A DNA stretch of 64,000 bases from a bacterium (lineage in GTDB: Bacteria > UBA8248): the NCBI GenBank assembly GCA_965213685.1, contig CBDBZY010000031.1, positions 256,001 to 320,000 on the forward strand, given 5' to 3'. The notes under the pieces were generated by a model. That model did not search any database and was not told the origin of the DNA. It saw only the letters and a program-made list of their open reading frames with translations. Every line of letters starts with the position of its first letter. Within the stretch, counting starts at the first letter, position 1. Positions 10,305-19,333 of the stretch are shown here, in pieces. The translations under genes and the position numbers were made by a program.

Positions 10305-11354
10305 CTAGCGGGGCAGATAATCGTCCGACACCAGGACGCTTCTCGGGAACGGCTTCTTGAGCTTGCCCGCCGCGACGAGAAGGCTCTGGGTGATGTCCAC
10401 CGCGCGCTGGGTGACCTTTCCGTCCAGCGAAACGGCCTTCTTCACCGCCGCGATGCTGGTGCGCAGCAGGCGCTTGTCCGTCTTGGCGAAGTAAATCTGG
10501 ATTCTCTCGCGAATCTGCTCGGCGGTGTGCTTGGCGATCCAGTTGTTGGCCTTGAGAAGCGCCCGGACGACCTTGCGAACGGTATCGGGATTCTTCTTCG
10601 CGTAGTCGGGCCGCACGAGCAGCACCTCCATCATGAACTGGTCCATCTTCGGGTCCTCGCCCGCCGAGTTCGTGATGAAGGGGATGGCCTTGCCGCGGAA
10701 AATCGCCGTCTCCGGCACGGGGATGGTCTGGATCGCTATCTGTATCTTGTTCCGCTCCAGGGCGGCGATGAGCACGGGCCCCGCGCCCGCGCCGATGAGC
10801 TTCACCTCCTTCTGCGGGGTGTAGCCGGCCTGGCGAATCCAGTATTCGCCCTGGTTGTAGGTCAGCGCGCCCGGGCGCGTGGCGCCGACGGTGAGGCCCT
10901 TCATCTTCCGGAGCTTCTCCTTGTAGGGGGTCTTGGCGGTGATGCCGAGCTTCTCGGCGACGTCCTTGCGGATGGCGGAGTTGACGATGCTGCGGTTCAG
11001 GCAGCTCATCACCGCCACGAGGCGCCCGCCCGCCTTGACGGCGTTGATCTGGTAGGTGCCCGCCGCGACGGAGAACTCCGCCTTGCCGGCGAGGTTGGCC
11101 TTGATGTCCGGCCCGCCGCCCCGGGTGGAGATGACCTCGACGGCCAGACCCTCGTCGGCGAAATAGCCGTTCGCGCGCGCCACGTAGTTGCTGACGAAGG
11201 CGAGGCTCTCGACCGCCTGGGTGATGATGACCCGCTTGACGGCCGCCTCCGGACGGGCGGCGGACGCGAAGACGAGCGCCACCCCCAGCAGTACCGCCCA
11301 GGTCAGTTTGTTGTTGTTGGAGATGCCATCCCGAACATGCACCCTGTGATCCAT
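10305..11354 (-). CDS. NitT/TauT (NMT1/SsuA-like) substrate-binding protein
   Basis: Hydrophobic signal, YVARANGYFADEGLAVE, GLTVGATRPG; start approximate. Confidence 0.82.
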   Translation of the reverse strand: MDHRVHVRDGISNNNKLTWAVLLGVALVFASAARPEAAVKRVIITQAVESLAFVSNYVARANGYFADEGLAVEVISTRGGGPDIKANLAGKAEFSVAAGTYQINAVKAGGRLVAVMSCLNRSIVNSAIRKDVAEKLGITAKTPYKEKLRKMKGLTVGATRPGALTYNQGEYWIRQAGYTPQKEVKLIGAGAGPVLIAALERNKIQIAIQTIPVPETAIFRGKAIPFITNSAGEDPKMDQFMMEVLLVRPDYAKKNPDTVRKVVRALLKANNWIAKHTAEQIRERIQIYFAKTDKRLLRTSIAAVKKAVSLDGKVTQRAVDITQSLLVAAGKLKKPFPRSVLVSDDYLPR

Positions 11355-11535
11355 GATTCCAGCCTCCCCTCTGGCCGCAGGGTTCGCGGCGCGTTCATGG
11401 ACGTTCCAGCGTCCCGCCGGCGGGACGCACCTGAGTCGCATCTGGGAAATCAGGGGTTCTCGCGCCCTCCTCCATCTATGGGAAGTTCGACGAAGCCGGA
11501 AGCTCCTTCTCCGTTTGCCTGGATGAATGGGGAGA

Positions 11536-11563
11536 ATTATATACAAAACCAGCCAAAGGTCAA
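11536..11563 (-). promoter_or_regulatory. Sigma70-like promoter for the NitT/TauT operon
   Basis: TTGACC-16 bp-TATAAT on the minus strand. Confidence 0.5.
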
Positions 11564-11592
11564 TGGCGATGCTGCTCTCATCATGGGGAATC

Positions 11593-13272
11593 TCACGCGG
11601 AGGGAGGGATGCCGGCTGCGCGCTCCGCCTCCCGCTTCCTGAGCGCCCCCCGTTGTATCTTGCCCGTGGGCGTGAGCGGGAGGCTTTCGACGAACTCGAC
11701 AGCTCTGGGGTACTTGTAGGGTGCCAGCTGCGCCCTCACGAAATCCTGAAGCGCCTCGGCGAGCGCGGCCTCCCCTCCCGCCGGGGCGTCAGCCGCCGGG
11801 GACTCGGCCAAGACGACAAACGCCTTCACGATTTCTCCGCGCTCGGGATTCGGCGAGCCGACCACCGCGCACGCGCGCACCATCGGGTGTTCGAGCAGCA
11901 CGGCCTCCACCTCCAGCCCGGACACGTTGTATCCTCCGGTGTTGATCATGTCGTCGGTGCGCGCCTCGAAGGAGATATACCCGTCCGCATCCGCGCGGCA
12001 GAGGTCTCCCGTCATGTTCCATCCGTCGCGCACGTACCCCCTCTGCCGGTCCGGGTCGTCCAGATACCGGCACCCGGTGGGGCCCTTCACGATCAGCTGC
12101 CCCACCTCGCCCGGCGGGGCGTCCTCCATCGCGTCGTTCACGACGCGGACCCGGTAGCCGGGCACCGCGCGGCCGATCTTTGCGGGGCGGACGTCCCCGC
12201 CCGCGGCCGAGACGAATATGTGCAGCAGCTCGGAGACCCCCAGCCCGTTGACGATCTCCACGCCCGTCCTCTCCCGCCACCCGGCCAGCACGGAGGGGGG
12301 CAGGGGCTCTCCCCCCGCCACGCAGGCGCGCAGGCTGCGCAGGTCGCACCCGGCGGCGACGTCGAGCATCTGCTGATAGCCGGAGGGCGTGCTGAAGCAC
12401 ACCGTCGCCCCGTAGCGCTCGATGGCCTCCAGCAGCGCCCCTGGAGTTCCCCGCTCGAGCAGAACCACGGAGCTGCCGAATCGCAAGGGGTCCGTGATGA
12501 AGGCGCAAAACCCATACAGGAAAGCGATCTGCGGGCTGCCGCAAACGACGTCCCCGGGCGCCAGGCCGAGCAGATGCCTCGGAAACGTATCCGCGGCGGC
12601 CAGCAAATCCCGGTGAAAATGCACCGTGCCCTTGGGCGTTCCCGTGGAGCCCGACGTGAAGCCGATCAGCGCGACGTCATCGGCGGACGTATCCGCGTTC
12701 GGATACCGCGCCGCCGCCCCGGCCATCAACGCCTCCAGGCCGTCGGGGGCGTCGTCGCCGAAGCAGACGACGCTGCGGAGCGACTGCGCGGATCGCTGCG
12801 CGCGGAGGAGGTCCGCGCGCAATCGAGCGTCGCAAACCGCAAACTCGATGCGGGCTTTCTCCAGCACATACGCCAGCTCCCGCTCGCGCATGACCGGCAT
12901 GGTCGGCACCACGATGCCGCCCGCCTTCAAAATCCCCAGGCACGCGGCCACGAGCATCGGGTGGTTCGATGCGCGAAGCAGCACCCGGCCGCCGGGGACG
13001 AGGCCCAACCGCTCGCGCATCACCGAGGCGATCCGGTTGGCGTTCTCCCGCAGTTCGCGATAGGTCCAGGTCGTCTCGCCAAAGTAAATCGCGGGCCGCG
13101 CACCCTGTGCGCCCTCGCCCATCGCGTCGATGAGCGCCGCGGCGGCGTTCATGCGGGGGGGATAGGCCGCCAGCGCCGGCAGGACGCCATAGTCCATCTC
13201 CGGCCACGCGGACTCGGGCGGCAGGCTGTCGCGCGCGAACGTGTCCACGTGCCCGCTCGTCTCAGCCGGCAT
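11593..13272 (-). CDS. Aryl-CoA ligase, 2-aminobenzoate-CoA ligase-like
   Basis: AMP-binding FTSGSTGTPKG, TGD and GKIQR motifs; N-terminal HVDTFARDSLPP..WP typical of anthranilate-CoA ligases. Confidence 0.8.
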   Translation of the reverse strand: MPAETSGHVDTFARDSLPPESAWPEMDYGVLPALAAYPPRMNAAAALIDAMGEGAQGARPAIYFGETTWTYRELRENANRIASVMRERLGLVPGGRVLLRASNHPMLVAACLGILKAGGIVVPTMPVMRERELAYVLEKARIEFAVCDARLRADLLRAQRSAQSLRSVVCFGDDAPDGLEALMAGAAARYPNADTSADDVALIGFTSGSTGTPKGTVHFHRDLLAAADTFPRHLLGLAPGDVVCGSPQIAFLYGFCAFITDPLRFGSSVVLLERGTPGALLEAIERYGATVCFSTPSGYQQMLDVAAGCDLRSLRACVAGGEPLPPSVLAGWRERTGVEIVNGLGVSELLHIFVSAAGGDVRPAKIGRAVPGYRVRVVNDAMEDAPPGEVGQLIVKGPTGCRYLDDPDRQRGYVRDGWNMTGDLCRADADGYISFEARTDDMINTGGYNVSGLEVEAVLLEHPMVRACAVVGSPNPERGEIVKAFVVLAESPAADAPAGGEAALAEALQDFVRAQLAPYKYPRAVEFVESLPLTPTGKIQRGALRKREAERAAGIPPSA

Positions 13273-13446
13273 CGTTTTTCACGGCGGGCAGGAGTTCTTC
13301 CGCCAACCTCGTCATATGCTCCGCCTCCTTATCATCAATCGGCGGGCGCCGCCGCCTGTGAAGATGAAGCGCCTCGCGCCCGGCCGCGCTCCGCGTGGCC
13401 GCATCCATACTGCACCGCTTCCCCCAGAGATGTCCTCACGGCTCCG

Positions 13447-15483
13447 TCAGCCCGGCGCGCGCAAGTGCAGGTGCCCCTGCGCGTCCCGCCTCGCCGCCCA
13501 GCCGGGCGGCACCAGGGTGTTCGATCCGTACTCCTCGACGATCGTCGGCCCGCGGACTTGCGCGCCGACCGGCAGGGCGTCCCGACGGTAGACGGGGCAA
13601 TCCGGGACGCTCTCCCCGAAAACGATCGTCCTCCGCTCCACCAGCGCATCGTCCAGCCCCCCCGTCGGTTCCGCGGATTCCATCCAGTTCCATTTTTTCA
13701 CCACCCCCAGGACGCGCACCCGCAGGCTGACGATCTCCAGAGGACTCTCCGGGTGGGAATGTCCGTAGCGCCCCTCGTATCGAGCGTGAAACTCCCCCGC
13801 CAACGCATCCAGCCAGCCGCCGGCTTCCGGAACGGGAATCGTCAGCTCGAACGCCTGTCCGGCATAGCGCACGTCCGCGTAGCGGAGTCCGCGAACCTCG
13901 CGCAGCCCGGCCGCGCGCAGGCGGCCTGCGCAAGGCGCCTTCAGTTTCTCGAAGACGCGCTCGAGGGCGGATTCATCCGCATCTTCCAGTGCGACGAAAT
14001 GCGTCTCGACATCCTCCTGCACGACGTCCGCCATCAGAAGGCCTACGGCCGAAAAATTCCCCGGAAACCGGGGCACGACCACGCGGGCGATGGCCAACTC
14101 CCCCGCGATGAGGGCGGCGTGCAGCGGCCCCGCCCCCCCGTAGGCGAGCAGGGCGTGTTCCCTCGGGTCGAACCCGCGCTCGATGGAAATTTCCCGGATG
14201 GAGCTCACCATTTTCGTCACGGCCACCTCGATGACCCCGCGCGCCATCTCCGCCGCGTCGTCCACCCCCAGCCGGCCGGCCAGTGCGCGCAGGGCGCGCT
14301 CCGCCCTCCCGGGATGCAGCCGCAAGCCCCCGGCGAGGAGGCTGCGGGGGCCGATGCGGGAGAGGACCACGTTCGCGTCCGTCACCGTCGGCTCCTCGCC
14401 GCCGAACCCGTAGCAGGCGGGGCCGGGCCGGGAACCGGCGCTTTGGGGCCCGATGTGAAGCGCGCCATCCTCGTCGCACCAGGCGATGCTCCCCCCGCCG
14501 GCGCCCACGGTGTTGATGTGGAGCTGCGACGTCTTGAGGGGGTGCGCGCCGATCGCGTTGTCCCTGCTGATGACGGGCTGGCGATCCCGCACCAGGCATA
14601 CGTCCGTGCTCGTGCCGCCCATGTCATAGGTGATGAGATGCTCCAGACGCAACGCATGGGCGATGGAGACGCCGCCCACGACGCCGCCCGCCGGGCCCGA
14701 GAGGATCGTCTGCACGGGAAAGCGCGCCGCATCCGAGGCGTCCAGCATCCCGCCGCCCGAAGCCATGATGAAGATGGAGGCGCGGCACCCCCGCTCCCGA
14801 AGCGCGGCCTCCAGACGGCCGAGATAGCTCCTGACGCAGGGGCCGAGATAGGCGTTCAGCGCCGTCGTCGAGAAGCGCTCGAACTCGCGATACTCCGGCA
14901 CGACCTCGTGCGACAGGGAGAGATACACGTCCGGGGCCACCTTCCGCAGATGCGCCGCCGTCCGCCTCTCGTTCTCCCCGTTGGCATAGGCGTTCAGATA
15001 GCAGATGGCGACGGATTCCACCCCGAGCCGCCGGAGGCGCGCAGCCTGCCGCCCGACGTCCGCCTCCTCCGCGCCGGCCTCCACGCGGCCATCGGCCAGG
15101 GTGCGCTCGGCCACCTCGAACCGCATCTCGCGGGGGACGATGGGCCGGGGGCGAACGAATTTCGCGTCAAACAGGCTGTGGGGGACGAGACGCTGCGTTC
15201 GGCCGATCTCCAGGACGTCGCGGAAGCCCCGCGTCGTCAGAACCGCGGTGCGCGCCCCCGCCCCCTCCAGTATCGCGTTGGTGCCGACGGTGGTGCCGTG
15301 CGTGATCCTGCCAATCGAGGAGACGTCCAGGCCCTCTACCGCCCGGAGAAAGACCTCATCCTCTTTCCCGCGAATGGTGGGAATCTTGGAAACCTCCATC
15401 CGCATCTCGTTCTCATCGTAGAAAACGAGGTCGGTAAACGTTCCTCCGGTGTCTATCCCGACGAGGCGCAATGGACCGGCCAC
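13447..15483 (-). CDS. Hydantoinase A / 5-oxoprolinase subunit (ATP-dependent lactamase)
   Basis: GIDTGGTFTD, HGTTVGTNAI, SGPAGGV, DMGGTSTD, GAGGGS, PGPACY, PTVTDAN. Confidence 0.92.
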   Translation of the reverse strand: MAGPLRLVGIDTGGTFTDLVFYDENEMRMEVSKIPTIRGKEDEVFLRAVEGLDVSSIGRITHGTTVGTNAILEGAGARTAVLTTRGFRDVLEIGRTQRLVPHSLFDAKFVRPRPIVPREMRFEVAERTLADGRVEAGAEEADVGRQAARLRRLGVESVAICYLNAYANGENERRTAAHLRKVAPDVYLSLSHEVVPEYREFERFSTTALNAYLGPCVRSYLGRLEAALRERGCRASIFIMASGGGMLDASDAARFPVQTILSGPAGGVVGGVSIAHALRLEHLITYDMGGTSTDVCLVRDRQPVISRDNAIGAHPLKTSQLHINTVGAGGGSIAWCDEDGALHIGPQSAGSRPGPACYGFGGEEPTVTDANVVLSRIGPRSLLAGGLRLHPGRAERALRALAGRLGVDDAAEMARGVIEVAVTKMVSSIREISIERGFDPREHALLAYGGAGPLHAALIAGELAIARVVVPRFPGNFSAVGLLMADVVQEDVETHFVALEDADESALERVFEKLKAPCAGRLRAAGLREVRGLRYADVRYAGQAFELTIPVPEAGGWLDALAGEFHARYEGRYGHSHPESPLEIVSLRVRVLGVVKKWNWMESAEPTGGLDDALVERRTIVFGESVPDCPVYRRDALPVGAQVRGPTIVEEYGSNTLVPPGWAARRDAQGHLHLRAPG

Positions 15484-15540
15484 TCCCCAAAAGTCATCTC
15501 CCGAAACATCCCGCTGCGAGAACGCAGAGTGCCGGAACCC

Positions 15541-17580
15541 TCATCGAAGCGCCCGCCCTCCCAGCGGGGAGAGGGAGATTTCATCGCCCTCCCCGGCGGA
15601 GAGGATGGCCGCCCCCACCGCATCCAGGCCTATCGCGCACTCGGGCAACGCCTCGTCCGCCTCGACCCAGGCGCGGAGGGGAACCCGCCATTTGCCGCAC
15701 AACTCCACCAAATCTCCCGGGCGCAGGTTCCAGCGGGCGAGCGTCGCCGGGTGCACATGGCACCGGCGGCGGGCGTCTCCCGGAGGTTCTTCCTCCCTGG
15801 GAACAACCGCCAGCGCGCGCCTTGCCGCGCGGACGGCCTCCCGGCGCGCGCCCGTTTTCTCCTCGTCCACGGCCTCCTCCCGAATGAAGACGGCGTAATC
15901 CCTCCGCGCCCCTCTCTCCGTAACGTAACCCGCTCTCACGTCGGCCAGAACCGATGCGCCCGCCCGCTCGAGGGGATCCCCGAACCCGCCGCCGCCTGCG
16001 GTCTCCATGACGACCACGTCGCCCCTGCGGAGCGGAAAGCCCGCCGCCTTGCCGGGCGTTGCGGAGGGCATCAGGGTTTGGGCGCCTCTTTCGACGAAAA
16101 ACCGGTTGGGCGCGCCCGGCGCGCCTCCGAATATCCCGAACGGGGGGATGACGTTCTTGTCCGAGGAGATCGACAGGAGCGCGCCATCCGCCAGCACCTC
16201 CACCTCGCGCCGCAAGCCCAGCCCGCCCCGGCGGGCTCCGGGGCCGCCCGAATCCGCGCGCAAGGAGAGGCTCCGTATCCGCAGGGGCTGGCTCTGCTCT
16301 ATGACCTCGACGGATTGAATCGAAGCGAAATCCCCCTCGGTGAAATTCCGGGTGGCGTTGTTGCCGTCGTGCTCCTCGAATCCCCCCGTGCCGCCCGCCG
16401 GAAACTCGTAAAACAAAAAGGGCTTCCCGCTCCGCCGAGGGTCGTTCCCGCCGATGTAGACGTGATTGGAGGTGCCCTTCAAATCGCCCGTGACGGCACC
16501 CGACGCAAGGGGGGCGACGGCGCCGATGAGGGCGGACACCACGGCGTGGCTCACCTCCATGGAGCCCGCACAACTCGCCGGATGCCGGGCCGAGAGCAGG
16601 GAGCCGGGCTCGGCCCGGATGGCGAGCGGCCGAAAAGCCCCCTGGTTGACCGCGCCCTTCGGGTCGAGGAGCGATTTGACGACGCTGAAGGCGGCGGATG
16701 GTGCCATCGCCGGCCCGACGTTGTACGCCCCCCTCGTCTGGGGGCTGGTTCCCCGAAAATCGATCGCCAGGCCGTCGCCGGATTTCCCGACCCGCACTCG
16801 GATTCGTATCGGCTCGAGCGAGTGGCCGTCGTGGTCCATGAAATGCTCGTAGACGGATTCCGCCTCGGGCAGGGCGGCGATCCTGCGCCGCATGGAGGCC
16901 TCGGACCGATCCAGCAGGCGAGCCTTCGCGGCGAGCAGGGCGCCCCAGCCGTATTTTGTCGCCAGCTCCTCCAGCCGCTTGTGGGCCGTGTGGCACGTGG
17001 CCAGCATGGCGAAGAAATCTCCCCGCCTCTCCTCGGGAACCCGCATGTTGTGGAGGAGGAGATCGAGAACTCCCTGGTTCATCCTCCCCCCTTCGATGAT
17101 GCGCAATATGGGGATGCGGATGCCATCGTGGAGAATCTCGGTGTTTTTCCCGGATATGCTTCCCGGAGTCGTCCCGCCCACATCGCCCCAATGCGCGCGA
17201 ACGACGGGGTAGATGGCCAGTTTCGCGCCATGAAACAGCGGCGAGATCATCGCCACGTCGTTCAGGTGCGTTCCCCCGGTGTAGGGGTCGTTATGCAGGA
17301 ACACGTCGCCGGGGCGAATGTCCCCGCCAAAGCGCGCGCGCATCTGCCCCACTTCCATCGGCACGGGAAAAATGTGGACGGGGTTGTCCTCCGCCATGGC
17401 GACGAGCTGGCCCTCGCCATCCACGAGCACGCACGAGAAATCGCGGCCCTCGTAAATGATGGACGAATACGCCGTCCGCGCCATGTTCGCCCGCATCTCC
17501 CGCACGACGGCTACGAAGGACTCGTTCATCACCTCGAGAGATATGGGGTCGACCTCCCGGACGCGCTCTGCTGGGTTCAT
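15541..17580 (-). CDS. Hydantoinase B / oxoprolinase subunit with an extra C-terminal domain
   Basis: DPISLEV, NDPYTGGTHLND, HWGDVGG..PGS, DSGGPG..RGG, GGGGFGDP; start chosen at MNPAERV. Confidence 0.9.
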   Translation of the reverse strand: MNPAERVREVDPISLEVMNESFVAVVREMRANMARTAYSSIIYEGRDFSCVLVDGEGQLVAMAEDNPVHIFPVPMEVGQMRARFGGDIRPGDVFLHNDPYTGGTHLNDVAMISPLFHGAKLAIYPVVRAHWGDVGGTTPGSISGKNTEILHDGIRIPILRIIEGGRMNQGVLDLLLHNMRVPEERRGDFFAMLATCHTAHKRLEELATKYGWGALLAAKARLLDRSEASMRRRIAALPEAESVYEHFMDHDGHSLEPIRIRVRVGKSGDGLAIDFRGTSPQTRGAYNVGPAMAPSAAFSVVKSLLDPKGAVNQGAFRPLAIRAEPGSLLSARHPASCAGSMEVSHAVVSALIGAVAPLASGAVTGDLKGTSNHVYIGGNDPRRSGKPFLFYEFPAGGTGGFEEHDGNNATRNFTEGDFASIQSVEVIEQSQPLRIRSLSLRADSGGPGARRGGLGLRREVEVLADGALLSISSDKNVIPPFGIFGGAPGAPNRFFVERGAQTLMPSATPGKAAGFPLRRGDVVVMETAGGGGFGDPLERAGASVLADVRAGYVTERGARRDYAVFIREEAVDEEKTGARREAVRAARRALAVVPREEEPPGDARRRCHVHPATLARWNLRPGDLVELCGKWRVPLRAWVEADEALPECAIGLDAVGAAILSAGEGDEISLSPLGGRALR

Positions 17581-17772
17581 GGACGCCTTAGCTCCGGAAA
17601 ACGAAAAGGTGCGGGCGGCGGCGGCATTGTAGCCCGAATCCGGGCGCCTCTTCACCCGGCTTCCGCCCGTCCGCGGCAACGGCGCGCCGGGGGAGGCGGG
17701 GGCAGCGGGGCGCGCCTCCCCCCGGGGCCCGCCGGTGAGGCGCGGAGACGCAGAGGGGCGCATCCGGAAAAA

Positions 17773-18456
17773 CTACCCGGGGCTTCGCCTCGGGTTGCGG
17801 CCCTCCACCATGAAGATGACGGCCTCCGCGATGTTCGTCGCGTGATCGGCGATGCGCTCCATGTATTTCGAGATGAACGTCAGGCGGGTCGCCCGGCTGA
17901 TGTTGCGCGGGTTGTCGAACATATAGGTCAGCAGCTCGCGGAACAACTCCTCGTTCATGTCGTCCACCTCGTCGTCGCTGGCGATGACCTTCCGCGCCAG
18001 CCCCACGTCTTCCTTGATGAAGCTGTCCAGACTCTCGCGCAGCATCTGGCTGGAGGCGTGGGCCATCCGCGGAAGTTCGATATAGGGCTTGAGGGGAGGC
18101 TCCTCGTTCAGCTCCAGTGCCCGTTCACACACGTTGACGGCGAGGTCGCCCACCCGTTCGAGGTCCGAGGCGATTTTCAGGCCCGTCGTGATAAAGCGCA
18201 GGTCCACGGCCGTCGGCTGCCGCAGCGCCACCATCTGCACGCAAAGGTCGTTCACGTCCATCTCCAGCGTGTTGACGTCCTGGTCCTCCTCGATGACGCC
18301 CCGGGCGATGTGGGAGTCTCGCCGGGTGAGGCTCTCGACGCTCTTCGCCATCATCATCTCCACCTTGGCGCCCAGCTCCAGGAGAAGGCGCCGCAGCTCC
18401 TGCAGCTCGCTTTCAAATTCCGAACTCGTGTGCGTTCTTCCGCTCGCCAGGGCCAT
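17773..18456 (-). CDS. phoU: Phosphate signalling complex protein PhoU
   Basis: RQPTAVDLR, DLERVGD, ERIADHATNIAE; RBS before MALASG. Confidence 0.95.
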   Translation of the reverse strand: MALASGRTHTSSEFESELQELRRLLLELGAKVEMMMAKSVESLTRRDSHIARGVIEEDQDVNTLEMDVNDLCVQMVALRQPTAVDLRFITTGLKIASDLERVGDLAVNVCERALELNEEPPLKPYIELPRMAHASSQMLRESLDSFIKEDVGLARKVIASDDEVDDMNEELFRELLTYMFDNPRNISRATRLTFISKYMERIADHATNIAEAVIFMVEGRNPRRSPG

Positions 18457-18476
18457 GTCAGTCTCCTCCCAGCCGC

Positions 18477-19313
18477 CTAGCCGAATCTCCCCGTGATGTA
18501 GTCGGAGGTCCGAACGTGCATGGGGTTCATGAAAATCTTTTTCGTATCCCCGTATTCGATCAGTCGCCCCAGGAACATAAAAGCCGTGTTGTCCGACACG
18601 CGGGCGGCCTGCTGCATGTTGTGCGTCACGATGACGATGGAGAAATGCTCCTTGAGCTGCGCGATCAAATCCTCGATCCGGGCCGTGGCGATCGGGTCGA
18701 GCGCCGAGCAGGGCTCGTCCATGAGGATGATCTCGGGCTCGGAGGCGATCGCCCGCGCGATGCACAGGCGCTGCTGCTGGCCGCCGGACAGGCCGAGCGC
18801 GTTGTCCTGGAGGCGGTCCGACACCTCGTCCCAGAGCGCCGCGTCCCGAAGGGCGCGCTCGCAGGTTTCCTCCAGCTCCCGCTTGTCGCGGACGCCGTCC
18901 ACCCGCAGGGGATAGACGACGTTTTCGAATACGGACATCGGGAAGGGGTTGGGCTTCTGGAAGACCATGCCGAGGCGCTTTCGCAGCTCGGTCACCTCGA
19001 CGCGCGGATCGTGAATCTCGCTCCCCTCAATCGATATTTTTCCCTCGATGCGAATGCCGTCTATCAGGTCGTTCATGCGGTTCAGCGCGCGCAGAAGCGT
19101 GGATTTCCCGCAGCCGGAAGGGCCGATGAGGGCGGTGACCAGCTCCTTCTCGATTTTCATGTCGGCGCCGAACAGCGCCTGCTTCTCGCCATACCAGAGG
19201 CTGAATCTCTCGATGTCGATGACGCTGCCCCTCCCGCTTTCAACGGGATGATAGGCCGTGGACTCAAACTCCGTCTGCGAATCGGTCGTGGCCGCGGTGG
19301 ACGGCATTTCCAT
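18477..19313 (-). CDS. pstB: Phosphate ABC ATPase PstB
   Basis: [35 protein letters not shown]-terminal YITGRFG. Confidence 0.96.
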   Translation of the reverse strand: MEMPSTAATTDSQTEFESTAYHPVESGRGSVIDIERFSLWYGEKQALFGADMKIEKELVTALIGPSGCGKSTLLRALNRMNDLIDGIRIEGKISIEGSEIHDPRVEVTELRKRLGMVFQKPNPFPMSVFENVVYPLRVDGVRDKRELEETCERALRDAALWDEVSDRLQDNALGLSGGQQQRLCIARAIASEPEIILMDEPCSALDPIATARIEDLIAQLKEHFSIVIVTHNMQQAARVSDNTAFMFLGRLIEYGDTKKIFMNPMHVRTSDYITGRFG

Positions 19314-19333
19314 GCGCCTCCATTCGTTTCATT

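Noticed and set aside
11527-18480. 2317-aa plus-strand ORF
   Set aside because: Antisense shadow of four minus-strand genes that happen to share a frame. TTA, CTA and TCA codons are rare in GC-rich genes, so the opposite strand lacks stops. No recognisable domains.
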